64,000 nt of DNA from Eledone cirrhosa (Eukaryota), in the NCBI GenBank assembly GCA_964016885.1, contig OZ024754.1, forward strand, positions 29,202,001 through 29,266,000. The letters run 5' to 3'. Each line of letters starts with the position of its first letter. Position 1 is the first letter of the stretch. Below are positions 27,376 through 39,770 of this stretch, one piece after another. Both the position numbers and the translations under genes were made by a program. The notes under the pieces are model-generated. The model searched no databases. It was not told the DNA's origin and saw nothing but the letters and a program-made list of their open reading frames with translations.

Positions 27376-28750
27376 ACCCAAGCAAACACCCCAACCATCG
27401 ATTACCTGTACTAGACACAGAAATCTGGTTAGATACCATCAATAACAAAAAACAAATCCTCCATTCCCATTATGCCAAGCCCATGACTTCCAAATACCTG
27501 ATCCACCGAAACTCATCTGTTTCGGACCATACCAAAATCAACATACTGATTGCGGATTTGGTACGGGTGATGAGAAACGTGTCCCGCATGTGCAACCCCG
27601 AAGAACTAGAGAGACACATACAGGACTTCATCCACCGTATGCAGTTCTCTGGTTACAATCAGAGAGATAAAATCAGAGTATATAGAGGAGCCAGAACCAA
27701 ATGGGAAAAAATGGTAAATAACGATACAAATGGGACCTGCCCCTTGTATAGGACCAAATTCTGGAATAGAATAGAAAGAACTAGGAATAATGCTAATAGA
27801 ATAAACTCATGGTATGATAGCAATAAATAGTGTAATGTTCATCGATACAACCCCTAGAGGTGAATTAGCTTACAAATTTAGAAGGGCCCTAGATAAACAT
27901 GAACTTAATATTAAGATAGTAGAAAGACCAGGTACCTCCATAAAAAACGCTTATTAGCAATACGTACCCTTTTCAAAGACCTCCCTGTATAGATAAGAAA
28001 TGTATAATCTGTAAATTAAGCCCCCATATTAACTGTAAAACTAGAAATGTAGTATATAGCATAAGATGTACTGAAAGACAATGTAGAGATAAAAATATAG
28101 TGTACATAGGTGAGACAGCTCGTAGTATAGGGGAACGGATAAATGAACACTGGCGAGACCTTCAAAATAGTAAATAATCATCTGTACTCTACCAACATGC
28201 TAAATTAGAACATAAGGGTAAATTAGAGAACATAGAAATAAAAATAGAATCTACACACAGAAAAAACGCAATGTTTAGAAAAATCACAGAGGCAATAAAC
28301 ATAAATGAACTCCAACCAAAATTAAATAGAAAACATGAATGGAACAGCAACATCACAACTTACAATTAAGGACAAAATAAAAACACACACGCACATAGAA
28401 CAAACAACCAACCAGTAACATGTAAATAAACAAATAAATAAACGAATATAAACACACACAGACACCCGGATGTAACACATGCGCAAACTAAGCACACAAC
28501 ACACACACAAAAACAAGATGGCGTAGGACAGAACAAAGGAGAGGCACAAAAACAAAGAAAGGAATCCCCAGTCACTGAAGAGGTCACAGAATGTGTGACG
28601 AAAGAACTTTGACAATATATAAACAATCATCTGGTTGTGGAACCAACCAACCAACCAGAAATTTATAAATTCCTAAATTTATAAATTTATTATAATAAAT
28701 TGAAGTGAAAGCAACTGGTGCGTGTGTTTCTTATTGGCAACATGACCCTC
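27369..28750 (+). mobile_element. 5'-truncated Penelope-like element (RT thumb + GIY-YIG + 3' UTR with HHR)
   Basis: LPVLDTEIW..HYAKPMTS; after frameshifts CKTRNVVYSIRC..VYIGETARSIGERINEH..KLNRKHEWN. Confidence 0.85.
28571..28613 (+). ncRNA. Hammerhead ribozyme in the PLE 3' UTR
   Basis: gtca CTGAAGA g gtcac agaatgt gtgac GAAA g aa c TT tgac. Confidence 0.75.
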
Positions 28751-29082
28751 CCAAAGTATAACAATATATATATATCGAGAATCCCATTTCGGCGGGTAGA
28801 AAAAGCGAAACGAAACGCCAAATCAGAGTTATGCTGGCAAGCGCTCCATAGTTAAAAAACCAGAGCTAAACATATGTTAAAACGCCATACAAACTGAAAA
28901 AGTGGTCAAGAAGGCATTAACCACCTAAGCCAAAAAAACAAGTCAAGCTAAACAGATCAGACAAAATAAATGATAAAATCACATATATATATACGTATAA
29001 GTTATTCCAGGTTCAATCGGGGGTAACCACAATAAGTAAGGTACTCAATACATAGCAGAGTATAAATGTTTTAGTATAGAAA

Positions 29083-29132
29083 AGCTTCTACAAGACTAGA
29101 ACTGTTTCATTCGTGAGAAATCATCAGAAGCT
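29083..29132 (-). ncRNA. Hammerhead ribozyme (family A)
   Basis: Reverse complement: agctt CTGATGA tttctcacgaat GAAA cag ttctagtc ttg TA gaagct. Confidence 0.65.
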
Positions 29133-29634
29133 GAGTGTCCAAGTAAATGAGGTGGTATTTATATCTTTTCTGGTGGTAAGAGAGGGTGGGGATTGGGATG
29201 CGTGTAGGTCATTGGTTGATGGGTTTAAAGAAAAGGGAATTCATTAAAAGCTAATTCTTTAAAGCTATAATTTATTTTAAGAGTGACAAAGGCAGAAAGA
29301 ATATTGTAAACAGGTTCAAATTGGAATACCAATCCTTGTTTTTAAGTATCTCTTAAACTAACAAAGCCTGTATGTCAGGTGTCTACAGGATGGGTGGGTT
29401 CATTGGTTTAAAGAAAGGGGAATTCTGTAAAAGCTAATTCTTTAAAGCTGAATTTAGGGTGACAAAGGCAGAAAGAATTCTATACACAGGTTCAAGTTTT
29501 GGGGTGCTTCCCCTTATTGTGATGTTTCTCTTAAGCTATATTTCAGGTGTCGGCAAGCACATTCACACACGCACGCACATACATACACACGCGCACACCC
29601 ACACACGCAGACACACACACACGCGTGCAAATAA

Positions 29635-29681
<47 letters not shown>

Positions 29682-30320
29682 TTCAAATAACAGATTAAAG
29701 TTTAAGCAAAGAATCGCTGCTTTAACCCTTAACGGGATCTTCTGAAAGAAGAAACTTTAATCTGTTATTTTAATAATTATTTGCTCTACGGTTCTTATAT
29801 ATTTGATATATATTTATCCTTATCGAGCACTCTTTGGATTTTAGTCTTCAAATTTATTATTATTCCAGTAATGTACTGGTTAATTGCTGGCCTTGTGCCA
29901 ATAGTAGAAACAATTATTATTATTGGCAGTATCGGTAGAGGGTCGGACGCCATGCTTTGACGCATAGAGTTACGGCCCTTGCCATTCTGAGTTCAAATCC
30001 CGCCGAGGTTAACTTTGCCTTTCATCCTTACGGGATCGATAAAATAAAGTACCAGTAATACACTGGGTAATTGCTTGGCCTTGTGCCAAAAGTAGAAACA
30101 ATTATATATATATATATATATATGTGTGTATGTATACACATAAACACAATATTCTTTCTGCCTTTGTCACTCTTAAAATAAATTATAGCTTTAAAGAACT
30201 AGCTTTTAATGAATTCCCTTTAGTTTAAACCCATCAACCAATGACCGCCACCCATCCCGATCCCCACCCTCTCCTACCATCAGAAAAGATATAAATGCCA
30301 CCTCATTTACTTAGACAGTC

Positions 30321-30371
30321 AGCTTCCTGATGATTTCTCACGAATGAAACAGTTCTAATCCTGTAGAAGCT
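30321..30371 (+). ncRNA. Type I hammerhead ribozyme (family A)
   Basis: agcttc CTGATGA t ttc tcac gaa t GAAA cag ttctaatc ctg TA gaagct; 6-bp stem I, 4-bp stem III, GUA site. Confidence 0.8.
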
Positions 30372-30495
30372 TTTCTATATTAAAATATATATATATATAT
30401 ATATTTAATGAAAAATTGAACAGGGACAGAACAGAGAGGCAGTACGATAAATGTTTATTAAATTCACGCTCAGGAGAGTGGGAGGTAGGTGGGGG

Positions 30496-30527
30496 ACGAC
30501 GTTTCGGGCATAAGCCCTTCTTCAGGT
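30496..30527 (-). ncRNA. Minimal hammerhead core in the 3' pLTR (same motif at 35169-35200)
   Basis: Reverse complement: ac CTGAAGA a gggc ttat gccc GAAA cg TC gt; palindromic ACGT stem III; stem I only 2 bp. Confidence 0.6.
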
Positions 30528-31362
30528 GAGAGTTCAAAAGGTGTGTAGGGGAGTGGTGGAGAGACACATAGCGAAAGGAAACAGTGCGAATGAAAAATTA
30601 ACAAATAAAGACAAAAATATAATAAATAATAAATAAAAACAAAGCATGATCAAAATACAAGGAATGAGAAAATTTAAAAATAAAGGCATGATCAAAATAA
30701 ACTGAAATTAAAAGGGGGGTAAACAGGTGGTGGAAGGGTGTGGGGTGAGTAGAGGTGGTGGCGGGTGGAGTGGGGAGAGGGAGACGGGGTGTCCGAGCGG
30801 GGAGGGCTGAAGGTGGTGTGTGTGGTTAGGTGTGCGTGTGTGTGTGTGTGTGTGTATGTGAAAGTGAGGGTTGGGGGAAGAACGGGGTTGCATGTTCAGG
30901 AAGGTGTGTGTGGGGGGTGTTTTTGTGGGTCGGAGGGTCTGTGCGTGTGTGGATAGGGGGGTGGGGGGAGAGGAATCAGGGGGCTGAGGGTGTAAATATG
31001 TGGTGGGAAGCACGTGTGTGTGGTTTAAGCGTGCTGTGGGTGTGGGTGGCGTGTGGATAAAAAAATTGTTTTGGGGTGTGTGTGTGTGGGTGAGTTATAT
31101 AGGTGGTGGTGTGAGAGGGTGGTTGAAAAGTGGTAAGTTACACGGATGTATGGAGATTTTGGTGAGAAGTCAAAACGCGTGTGGGTAATCCAAGAAGCGG
31201 TGGTCGGAAGAGGAGAGATGTGGGGTGCGCGCGCAACAGGAAGTGGTCAGCAGTGGAAGTGCTGTGGTCAGTTGGTGCTGAGACAGTGGTCGGAAGGGCA
31301 TAGCAGCAGTCGGCGGAATGGTAGGGAGGCGAGGATGGGTAGGTGTGAGAGTTGGAGTGAGG

Positions 31363-31415
<53 letters not shown>

Positions 31416-31845
31416 TAGTAGGGGTGTTAGTGGGATGAGTGAGTGTGGAGCGGGGAGAGAAGGGTGTGTGTGGTTCTATGGAGGGAGTGTGGTGTGTGTG
31501 TAGTTTGGTGAAGAGGTGTTAGTGGGTGTTAATATACGGGAGGTGGGGAGGGGTGGAATGCAGGTGTGAGTGGGGGTTAGTGGGGGTAGGGTGTGTAGAG
31601 TTGGTGGTGTACGAGGGTGTGTGGGGGTGGGTGGTGTAAGTGGGTGCGTGTGTGCGTGTGATAAGGAGGGGGAGGAGGAGAAGAGGGGAGGGAAGGGATG
31701 TTAGTATGTTAGTTGGGGAAGGGTGGTCAGATGAGGGGTGGAGTGGAGGTGTTAGTATTGTTAGTGTGGGGTGGACGGTGAAAAGGAGGGGTGTGTTAGT
31801 GGTGTTAGTGGGGGATAAGTGTGGGGGGAGGGGCGCGGTCGAACG

Positions 31846-34802
31846 CTAAAGGAATAAGGGTGGGGAGTTCAGGCCGGGAGGAGTGTGGGTCTGTAAGATG
31901 AAGATAGTACGTTGTTCGACCGTAAGGCGATGGGCGGTTGTTCCGTGGCACTGGAGTAGGCCACAGACTGTGAGATGGCGTGCGGAGTGTCCAGGGCTAC
32001 CAAAGTGGCGGGCGATGGGGGAACTGCCCCCGAGACGAATGTCCCGGAGGTGCTCCGTGATTCGGTCCGCCAGGCGGCGTCCCGTCTGTCCGACATAAGT
32101 CGCGCTGCACCTCGTGCAACGAAGTCCGTAGACTAGGTTGGAGGAGGTGCAGCGGAAGGCATGCCGGACCGAGAGAGGGTGGCCGTTGGGACCCTGGAAG
32201 GTGGTGGTGTTGGTGATGTGGGGACAGGTGTTGCAGCGGGGCCTAGAACAGGGGAAGGAAACGGGGGGGGGTGGAAACGGAGCGTGGGTTGGGGGGTAGG
32301 GAGCTGTGGACGAGGAGGGTGCGGAGATTGCGTGCGCGTTTGAAGGAGGGGAGTGGTGGGGTTGGGAAGATGTGGGAGTTGGAGGGGTCGGACTGGAGGT
32401 GTCGGAAGAGGCGGCGGATGGTGCGGTGGAGGGGTAAGGTGGAGGGGTGGTAGGTGATGGGGAAGGGGAGACGGTGGGTGGGTGTGCGGTGGCGTGGGGT
32501 GAGGGTGGTGGAGCGGGGGATAGCACGGGCGCGGGTGAGAGCGGTGTGGACGAGAGAGGGGGGGTAACCTCTGCGGATGAAATGGCTGACTAGGGAAAGG
32601 GCCTGGGACTCGAAGTCAGCATCTCGGCTACAGAGGCGGCGGATCCTGAGAAGTTGGGAGTAGGGAATGGAGAGTTTAGTGTGGGTGGGTGGGAAGAGGT
32701 GAAGTCGAGGTAAGAGTGGGAGTCGGTGGGTTTGAAGAAGGCAGAGGTGACGAGGGAGTGGTGGGAGGGGTCGAAGGCGACGGAGATGTCCAAGAAGTGG
32801 ACGTGGGTGGTGGAGATAGAGGTGGTGAAGTGGAGGGAGGGGTGGAAGGAGCAGAATAAGGAGAGAAAGGAGTCGAGCTGTTCTCGGGTGAGGGTCGTGG
32901 CTCCGATACAGTCGTCAATGTAACGACCGTACAGTTCGGGCGTGGGGCCGGTGTACTGGGCAAAGATTTGGGCCTCAACATGGCCAACAAAAAGGTTGGC
33001 ATAGTTCGGGCCCATTCTTGTGCCCATGGCTACCCCCGTGACCTGTTGGTAAAACTCACCCGAGAAGGAGAAACAATTTAGGGTGAGGACCAGCTCGGCG
33101 AGGCGAAGGAGGGTGGGGGTGGAGGGAATGGGGGAGGGGCGAAGGTCGAGGTAGTGTTTGAGGGCGCGAAGGCCGTCAGCGTGGGGGATGACGGTATAGA
33201 GGGACTTGATGTCTAGGGTGAAGAGGAATGGCTGAGGGCCGGGTAGGTAGGTGAAGGAGTCGAAAAGGCGCAGGGCGTGGTTGGTGTCAGAGATGTGGGA
33301 GGGGAGGGTGGTGACAAGGGGGGCGAGTAGGGAGTCGAGAAAGGTGGAGATGAGTTCGGTGGGGCAGTTGCAAGCGGAGACGATGGGGCGGCCGGGGTTG
33401 TCGGGTTTGTGGAGTTTGGGGAGGAAGTAGATGGTGGGGGTGCGGGGGGTGCGGACGATGAGGTGGGAAGCGGTGGGGGGGAGGAGGGAGGAGGCGATAA
33501 GGTCTTTGATGGTGGAGGAGACTTGTTGTTGGTAGAGGGGGGTGGGATCGGAGGGTAGAGGGCGGTAAAAGAGGGGGTTACAGAGCTGCCTGAGGGCTTC
33601 GGCCGTGTAGAGGTCCGCGCGCCATACCACCACGGCGCCTCCCTTGTCCGCCGGTTTGATGACGATGTCATCTCGGCTACGGAGGGAGCGGAGAGCGAGG
33701 AGTTCGCCCCGTGAGATGTTGTGCCGTTTGGAACGGTGGCGGAAGTCGAAACGATTTACTGCGCTACGGCTGGCATCGACGAAGGCGTCCAGGGTGCTAA
33801 ATTGCCCTGGGGCCGGCGTCCAAGAAGATGGTCGTCGGCCCAGGGCGAGAAACGGGTCTGGGGCGTCCGGAGCCGGTGGCGTTCGGCTGAAATGTGCCTG
33901 TAGCTTAGTGCGTCGCACGAATCGCTTGACTTCCGTTCAGGTGCGGAACTCGTCGCTGAGCGGAGTGTGGGCTATGAAGCGAAGGCCTCTACTAAGGAGT
34001 GAGCGCTCAGGTGCGGAGAGGGGGAGGTCAGGGGTATGGTGACAACAAGGGGTGGGGTTTGGGTGTTTGGGGAGGGAAGGGAGGGTGTGGTGAGGGGTGG
34101 AGATTGGGTGGGGGTGGGGGTCGGGGGAGAGGTGGGGAGTGGTGGGTGTATGGGGATGGGCGGGTGGTGGTGGATGGAGGGGGTTGGGAGGAGTGAGTGT
34201 AGCTTGCGGGCTTTGGTGGAGCTGAGGAACGAGAAGAGGTTGTGGTTGAGGTTGTGGATGAAGGAGAGGATGGCTTGGGCGAGGAGGGGGTGGCAGGTGG
34301 AGTAAAGGCGGAGGAGGGTGGGGGTCAGTTGGTGGTCAAGTAGGCGGAGGGTGGAACGGGAGGCGCGGATGGAGTTGCGCATCAGAAGGCGTGAGGATCG
34401 GGTTAGGATACGTTGCGCGGAGGGGGAAGCAGCGGGGGAGGGGTGGAAGTGTAGCCGGAAGCCAAGGGGGATAAGGTGGAGGCGGAGGCAGTGGCTGAGG
34501 AAATGGATGTGGCTGGAGTGCCGGGTTTTGGCGAAGAGAAGGTAGGAGAGATGAAGGGCGGAGGGGAGATAGCAGGGTGGAAGGAGGGGGGGGGGGGTGA
34601 GGAAAAGTTTGAGGCGATTGTGGAGTTGGTGGAGAAAGGATCTCAGGTTGGCCATGATGGCTTTGGGTGAAAGCAGGGGGAGGGATGAGAGGGCGGGGGT
34701 GTGTAGAGGGGTGGAGTGAACGAAGGGGTGAGTGCGAAGGATAGGTAGAGACGGGGAAGGGAAAAAGAAACAGAAAAACGTAGGGAGGGGGTGAGTAAAC
34801 AC
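31846..34802 (-). CDS. PLE polyprotein (N-terminal domain, reverse transcriptase, CxxC linker, GIY-YIG endonuclease), broken by a few frameshifts
   Basis: KPADKG, PGRPIVS, LDIKSLYT, GVAMGTRMGP, RYIDD in 32590-33918; CSRPRCNTC, NLVYGLRCTRC..YVGQTGRRLADRITEH, GLN in 31846-32526. Confidence 0.9.
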
Positions 34803-35412
34803 CGGAAAATTAAAGACAAAAAATCATAAAGGTAATAACACAGGCGATCGTGAACAAAAAATCATAGAAATACAATTGTAAGAACACAGGCAAAGAATCA
34901 TATACGGAAAAAAAAGGGGTACGGTAACAAAATCAAACAGAGGTAATGCGTGGAAGGAAAGACAAAGTGTGGGAAGGTGTGTAAAGTTCGGAGAAAGGTC
35001 ACGGCGGATTAGATCGGGGTTGAGCCGGTTGTTAAGTTAAGTTCCAAGGATGGAGGCCGTGTGAGCGTGTGTTGTATATAATGAAAAATTGAACAGGGAC
35101 AGAACAGAGAGGCAGTACGATAAATGTTTATTAAATTCACGCTCAGGAGAGTGGGGGGTAGGTGGGGGACGACGTTTCGGGCATAAGCCCTTCTTCAGGT
35201 GAGAGTTCAAAAGGTGTGTAGGGGAGTGGTGGAGAGACACATAGCGAAAGGAAACGGTGCGAAATACTAATAAAAAGTTATTGCTCTACATGGCTGAATA
35301 CAATAAATGTAATCTGAGTTTTTCGAATATTAATAATAATATTCGATTCGTTTGTAATTATGAAAACAGCCTCTTTTAAGCCATTCTTTCTCTTGTGTTG
35401 GCGTGCAAACAG

Positions 35413-35461
35413 AACTGCAGACCCTAATGTTTCTGGGTGATTACCCTTCATCAGTGCAGTT
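35413..35461 (-). ncRNA. Type I hammerhead ribozyme (family M)
   Basis: Reverse complement: aactgca CTGATGA a gggt aatc accc a GAAA c attagg g TC tgcagtt; GUC site; partial second copy at 35851-35883. Confidence 0.8.
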
Positions 35462-36392
35462 ACTGTTCATCTGCCAACTGTCAGAGCTAGTGAAAATATA
35501 TGATATTTTCGAAAATATACAGTGACTGAGCTGCCTGATTTGCATATTAGCAGACTGGCTTATCAGTCAGCAGATCAACTGATTAGCAGATCAACTGATC
35601 AGCCAGATTTGCATATCAGCAGATAGGCCAGTCAGTTTCATGTATACGAGCGATTAATGGCCGGCTTTGCCATATTCAAATAAATAACAAAAATGTATCG
35701 CTCTACATGGCTGAATACAATACATGTAGTCTGAGGTTTTTCGAATATTGATAATAACATTCGATTCGTTTGCAATTATGCAAACAGCCTCTTTAAGCCA
35801 TGTCAGTAGAATGACCTCGCCTTTCTTGCTCTTGTGTTGGCATTTAAACAGAACTGGAGACACTAATGTTTCTGGGTGATTACATAAAAAGAGGCTGTTT
35901 GAATAATTACATAATATACAATAACGGATAAGCAAATAGTATAAGATTAAGAGATGAGAAATATGCCTGGCTTTTAGCAACGAACACACTGACCATGTCA
36001 GCAATATATACAAAATGACAATAAGAAAATTAATAAGTAAACACATAAGTAAAACTAGCAAACCAATTAAGATTGTTGAAATAGAGTGAAACCCGCTGAA
36101 AATTATAACAAAACTGTCAACAGATCTAGATATCAGACTCAAGGTTCCATGCTGTGGGAAATAAAAAAAATGACATCAACTTCCAGAAAGAAAGCTCTGT
36201 GGATTCTTCCCAACACAATTAAAGTATAAATAATCATCATTTGCGCTATAATAACTCGCATGCTGCGAATGAAGTTGTCTATGAATTGAAGGTGGAAAAT
36301 ATCATTGAATATGTCTTCATTTTATATTTGAAGTGTCTGTTTTCCAACAGTGTGTACTGCAAAACAGACAAGCCGAATATTCAACGTCAAGT

Positions 36393-36720
36393 AATAATTG
36401 TTTCTAGTTTAGGCACAAGGCCAGCAATTAAATCAGTGTATTACTGGTACTTTATTTTATCGACCCCGTAAGGATGAAAGGCAAAGTTAATCTCGGCGGG
36501 ATTTGAACTCAGACCATAAAGGGCCGTAACTCTTTGCTGCAAAGCATGGCGTCCGACCCTCTACCGATAATGGTTTCAAATTTAGGAACAAAGCCAGCAA
36601 TCTTGGGTGCAAAAAGGATAATTCGATTTCAGCGAACGCAGTACTTGAATAGTACTTCTTTTTATATATCCCCAAAGGATGAAGCGGAACGTTGATCGCG
36701 TCAGAATTTGAACTCAGAAC
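36393..36720 (-). mobile_element. SINE S1 (36393-36568) plus an older related copy
   Basis: Identity with S1. Confidence 0.75.
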
Positions 36721-38233
36721 ATAAAAAGGTGTACCACAACGTAAAATAGTAATACCATGAAAATGAAAGAATCGTGCTTACTTATTAAATAGGAGTTCAA
36801 CTTTAGCTTTAGGTATAAATGTTTTTGGAGCTCCATCGGTTTCGACAACGAATTTCCAATATTTTTCATCAAGAGAACAGCCTACTTGCGAAATTAACGC
36901 GCGTGACTCAGCATTCCACAGACACGACTACTCCCAAGAAGAAGTAGACGCAGCAGAGCCAAATAGTTAAGGAGTTCGCTTCACATTAGGTTCTGGGTCC
37001 AACCCCAATGCATGTATCTTGAGCATCGTTTACCGTAACCTCGAATGGACCCGTACTTTGTGAGGTAAATAGGTTGGACAGAAACTATCTAGAAGCGTGT
37101 CTGACTGTAACTGTCATTCAAAGGACCAGCCATGGCTCATATCATGGCTCAAGTTGAATATATTTGAGTATTACATTCAATGTACAGGTGTTGGTGAAAT
37201 TGTCAGCCACGTATTTGTTAATTTCAGGAGTTCATCGTTCCGTTGATGGAACACACTAGAACACACGCCGTTGAAATCGAAGGAGGTTCATACTTCTTAG
37301 AGAGATTAAACGTAACTCAGTATGTGACATGGCTGGCCATTTGAGTTAGAAGTACAACCCATCTGCTTAAGTGACTGAGCATTCCACCCACAGACACGTG
37401 CATCCTTAAAGTATTTATCCAGGAAATTCAGTGACACAGATTTAAGGTAACACTGAGTGACATGGCTGGTCGTTTGAAATACAAGCACAACCCATCTTGT
37501 ATTATAGGTTAAATGGCTGAGAACTCCACCCACAGACACGTGCATCCTTAAAGTAGTTCTCATGGAAATTCAGCGTGACAGAGGTAAGTGATAAGGTTGG
37601 CTCTCTAAATTATAGGTGCAGTTCAGTTTTGTCAGCTGATAGAGCGGAGGCCACATTAAATAAAATGTCTTGCTTAAGGACAAAACTTAGCGACGGGAAT
37701 CCAGCTCCAGGCGGTACGATCATGATGTGAACACCCTGAGCACTAAACCGAGCAACTTCAAGAGATATAAATAGATAGTTGCATTAAGGTATAGATCAAT
37801 TTAATTTTAATATAAATTCAAAATTTTTATATTTAAATACGTTTAAGTCGCAAATAGACGTGAGGAATTTGAATATTTATCATTTATTATTCATAATATT
37901 TCAATAAGTTTGATAATTGATGTCGTAGACATCTTCAGAAGATAATATTTTTGGAAAGGTGTAAGGAAGTTTCAGACACATACACACACAAACATACGCA
38001 TACTTACATAGATACATAAATACATAATACATAGATAGACAGATACATACATAGGTTCACACGTGTGTTAAGTGTCAAGCATTTACACCCCACTACTTAT
38101 ATAAGTATATAGATAGATAAAATCTCGAGTAGACGCGTATATACATATATATATATACATACATACACACACATCTATGTATATGTTTTTGCATCCCTGT
38201 GTTTGTGTTGTCAAGTCTTTAACTATATGTATA

Positions 38234-38328
<95 letters not shown>

Positions 38329-38395
38329 ATATATATATGTATATATGTATATATGTATATATGTATATATGTCTATATATATATATATACATGAA

Positions 38396-38456
<61 letters not shown>

Positions 38457-38628
38457 GAACAAAAAAGAAAAAAACGAACACAGGCATATACATATGTGTT
38501 CAAATCGTAATGGACCAGAATCGCTAAGGTGAAAAAAATACTAACTACAGACAATATGGTTTGCCAGACTCAATTTAAGAATAAATCAAGAAAAATAAAT
38601 ACAAACCAAAATTGTGGTAACAACCGAA

Positions 38629-38707
38629 CACCCGGGCAGTTTTGATAAAACTGTTTTGCAATATTATTTGTCAAGTAGTACCAAAGTCCTAAGCTCATCA
38701 GCGGGTG
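38629..38707 (-). ncRNA. Decayed hammerhead ribozyme (family N)
   Basis: Reverse complement: cacccg CTGATGA gc..gc AAAA cagtttt atc aaaactg CC cgggtg; stems intact, G12 and U16.1 mutated. Confidence 0.55.
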
Positions 38708-38967
38708 AAGAAATTAATATCCTGATCACTTCTAAATCTAACATGAAACTGGATAGTGTGTGTATATGTAACGCACATGGTTCCCGAACTTAGCGTGTCT
38801 CGCACACTCACGCCACTAAAAATAGCAGCCGAGTTTACTCGACATTTGAATTAGCTCGACGAATTAACGGAGCCGAATATATCAAAGGTCATAACTCAAA
38901 ATAGTCTCATAACAGTAAATTTGCTCTAAGAAAGAGGTTTTTCTGAGCCGTTGTTCAGTTATAACTG

Positions 38968-39280
38968 AATCATTAAATTTCGCTCCCGTATTTCGGAATT
39001 TGTTTTGTACTTAAAAAAAGGGGCTCACGAAGGCTTTTTCTAAAAAAATATAATCTGATTGGTTATAAATGAAATTATGGCTGTCACGTGAACAAGTTCA
39101 TTAAATTTCGCGCCCGTATTTCGGAATTTGCTTTGTAGCCTTTTAGAGAATTTTATGACAATCCGAAATACGGGCGCGAAATTTAATGAACCTGTTCACG
39201 TGACAGCCATAATTTCATTTATAACCAATCAGATTACATTTTTTTAGAAAAAGCCTTCGTGAGCCCCTTTTTTAAAGTAA
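38968..39280. repeat. Foldback repeat (~125-bp inverted arms plus internal direct duplication)
   Basis: About 39008-39126 is the reverse complement of 39162-39279; 38970-39009 is repeated at 39098-39137. Confidence 0.8.
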
Positions 39281-39475
39281 AAAGTAATTCAAACACTCAT
39301 ATAGGAAAAAAACAACCTGAGCACCCCCGCCCCCCTTGTTTGAAGAACTTTGTAACGCGAACTGGCGCGAAATTTATTATACTTATTGACCAACCAATCA
39401 AATTACTTCTCTAAAAACCTGGCATTTCGAGCCACTTTTTTCTATATAAAACAAGTAACATTCAAAGACCAACCA

Positions 39476-39616
39476 GATGTGAGAAAAACCACAGACCCCC
39501 CCCCCCCCCATCTCAACTCTACTTTTGAAAAGCAGAAGAACTGCGAAACCGGTAAAGGAACCAAATAAATATATATATATTTTTAAAAATAAGACTCCAG
39601 TTGCATTTTCGATTTC
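39476..39616. repeat. Interspersed repeat; second copy at 46628-46760
   Basis: gatgtga.aaaaaccacagaccc..ctccagttgcattttcgattt is shared. Confidence 0.8.
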
Positions 39617-39713
39617 ATCTTTTTTTCTTTATACTTTCACTCGTGTAGGACACCTCGGTTAATTTTAAATTTGTAAAAAAAACCTCACTTTCTAATATAT
39701 ATATATATATATA

Positions 39714-39770
<57 letters not shown>

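Larger units (their letters stand above)
28996..30388. mobile_element. HHR family A inverted arms (28996-~29305 minus; 30150-30388 plus) with a nested family B pair (29680-29863) and SINE S1 (29922-30104)
   Basis: Reverse-complement identity of the arms; nested sequences match other copies. Confidence 0.75.
30406..35263 (-). mobile_element. Full-length Penelope-like retroelement (Neptune-like) with 185-bp direct pseudo-LTRs
   Basis: 30406-30590 and 35079-35263 differ at about 2 positions; RT and GIY-YIG ORFs lie between them; 3' end in (TA)n. Confidence 0.93.

Noticed and set aside
27828-27830. Recoded stop (selenocysteine) in the PLE fragment
   Set aside because: The stop is TAG and the protein continues in another frame, so this is a frameshift
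28768-28830. Minus-strand CTGATTT ggcg..cgcc GAAA
   Set aside because: Core has two mismatches and no stem I or III; at most a heavily decayed hammerhead
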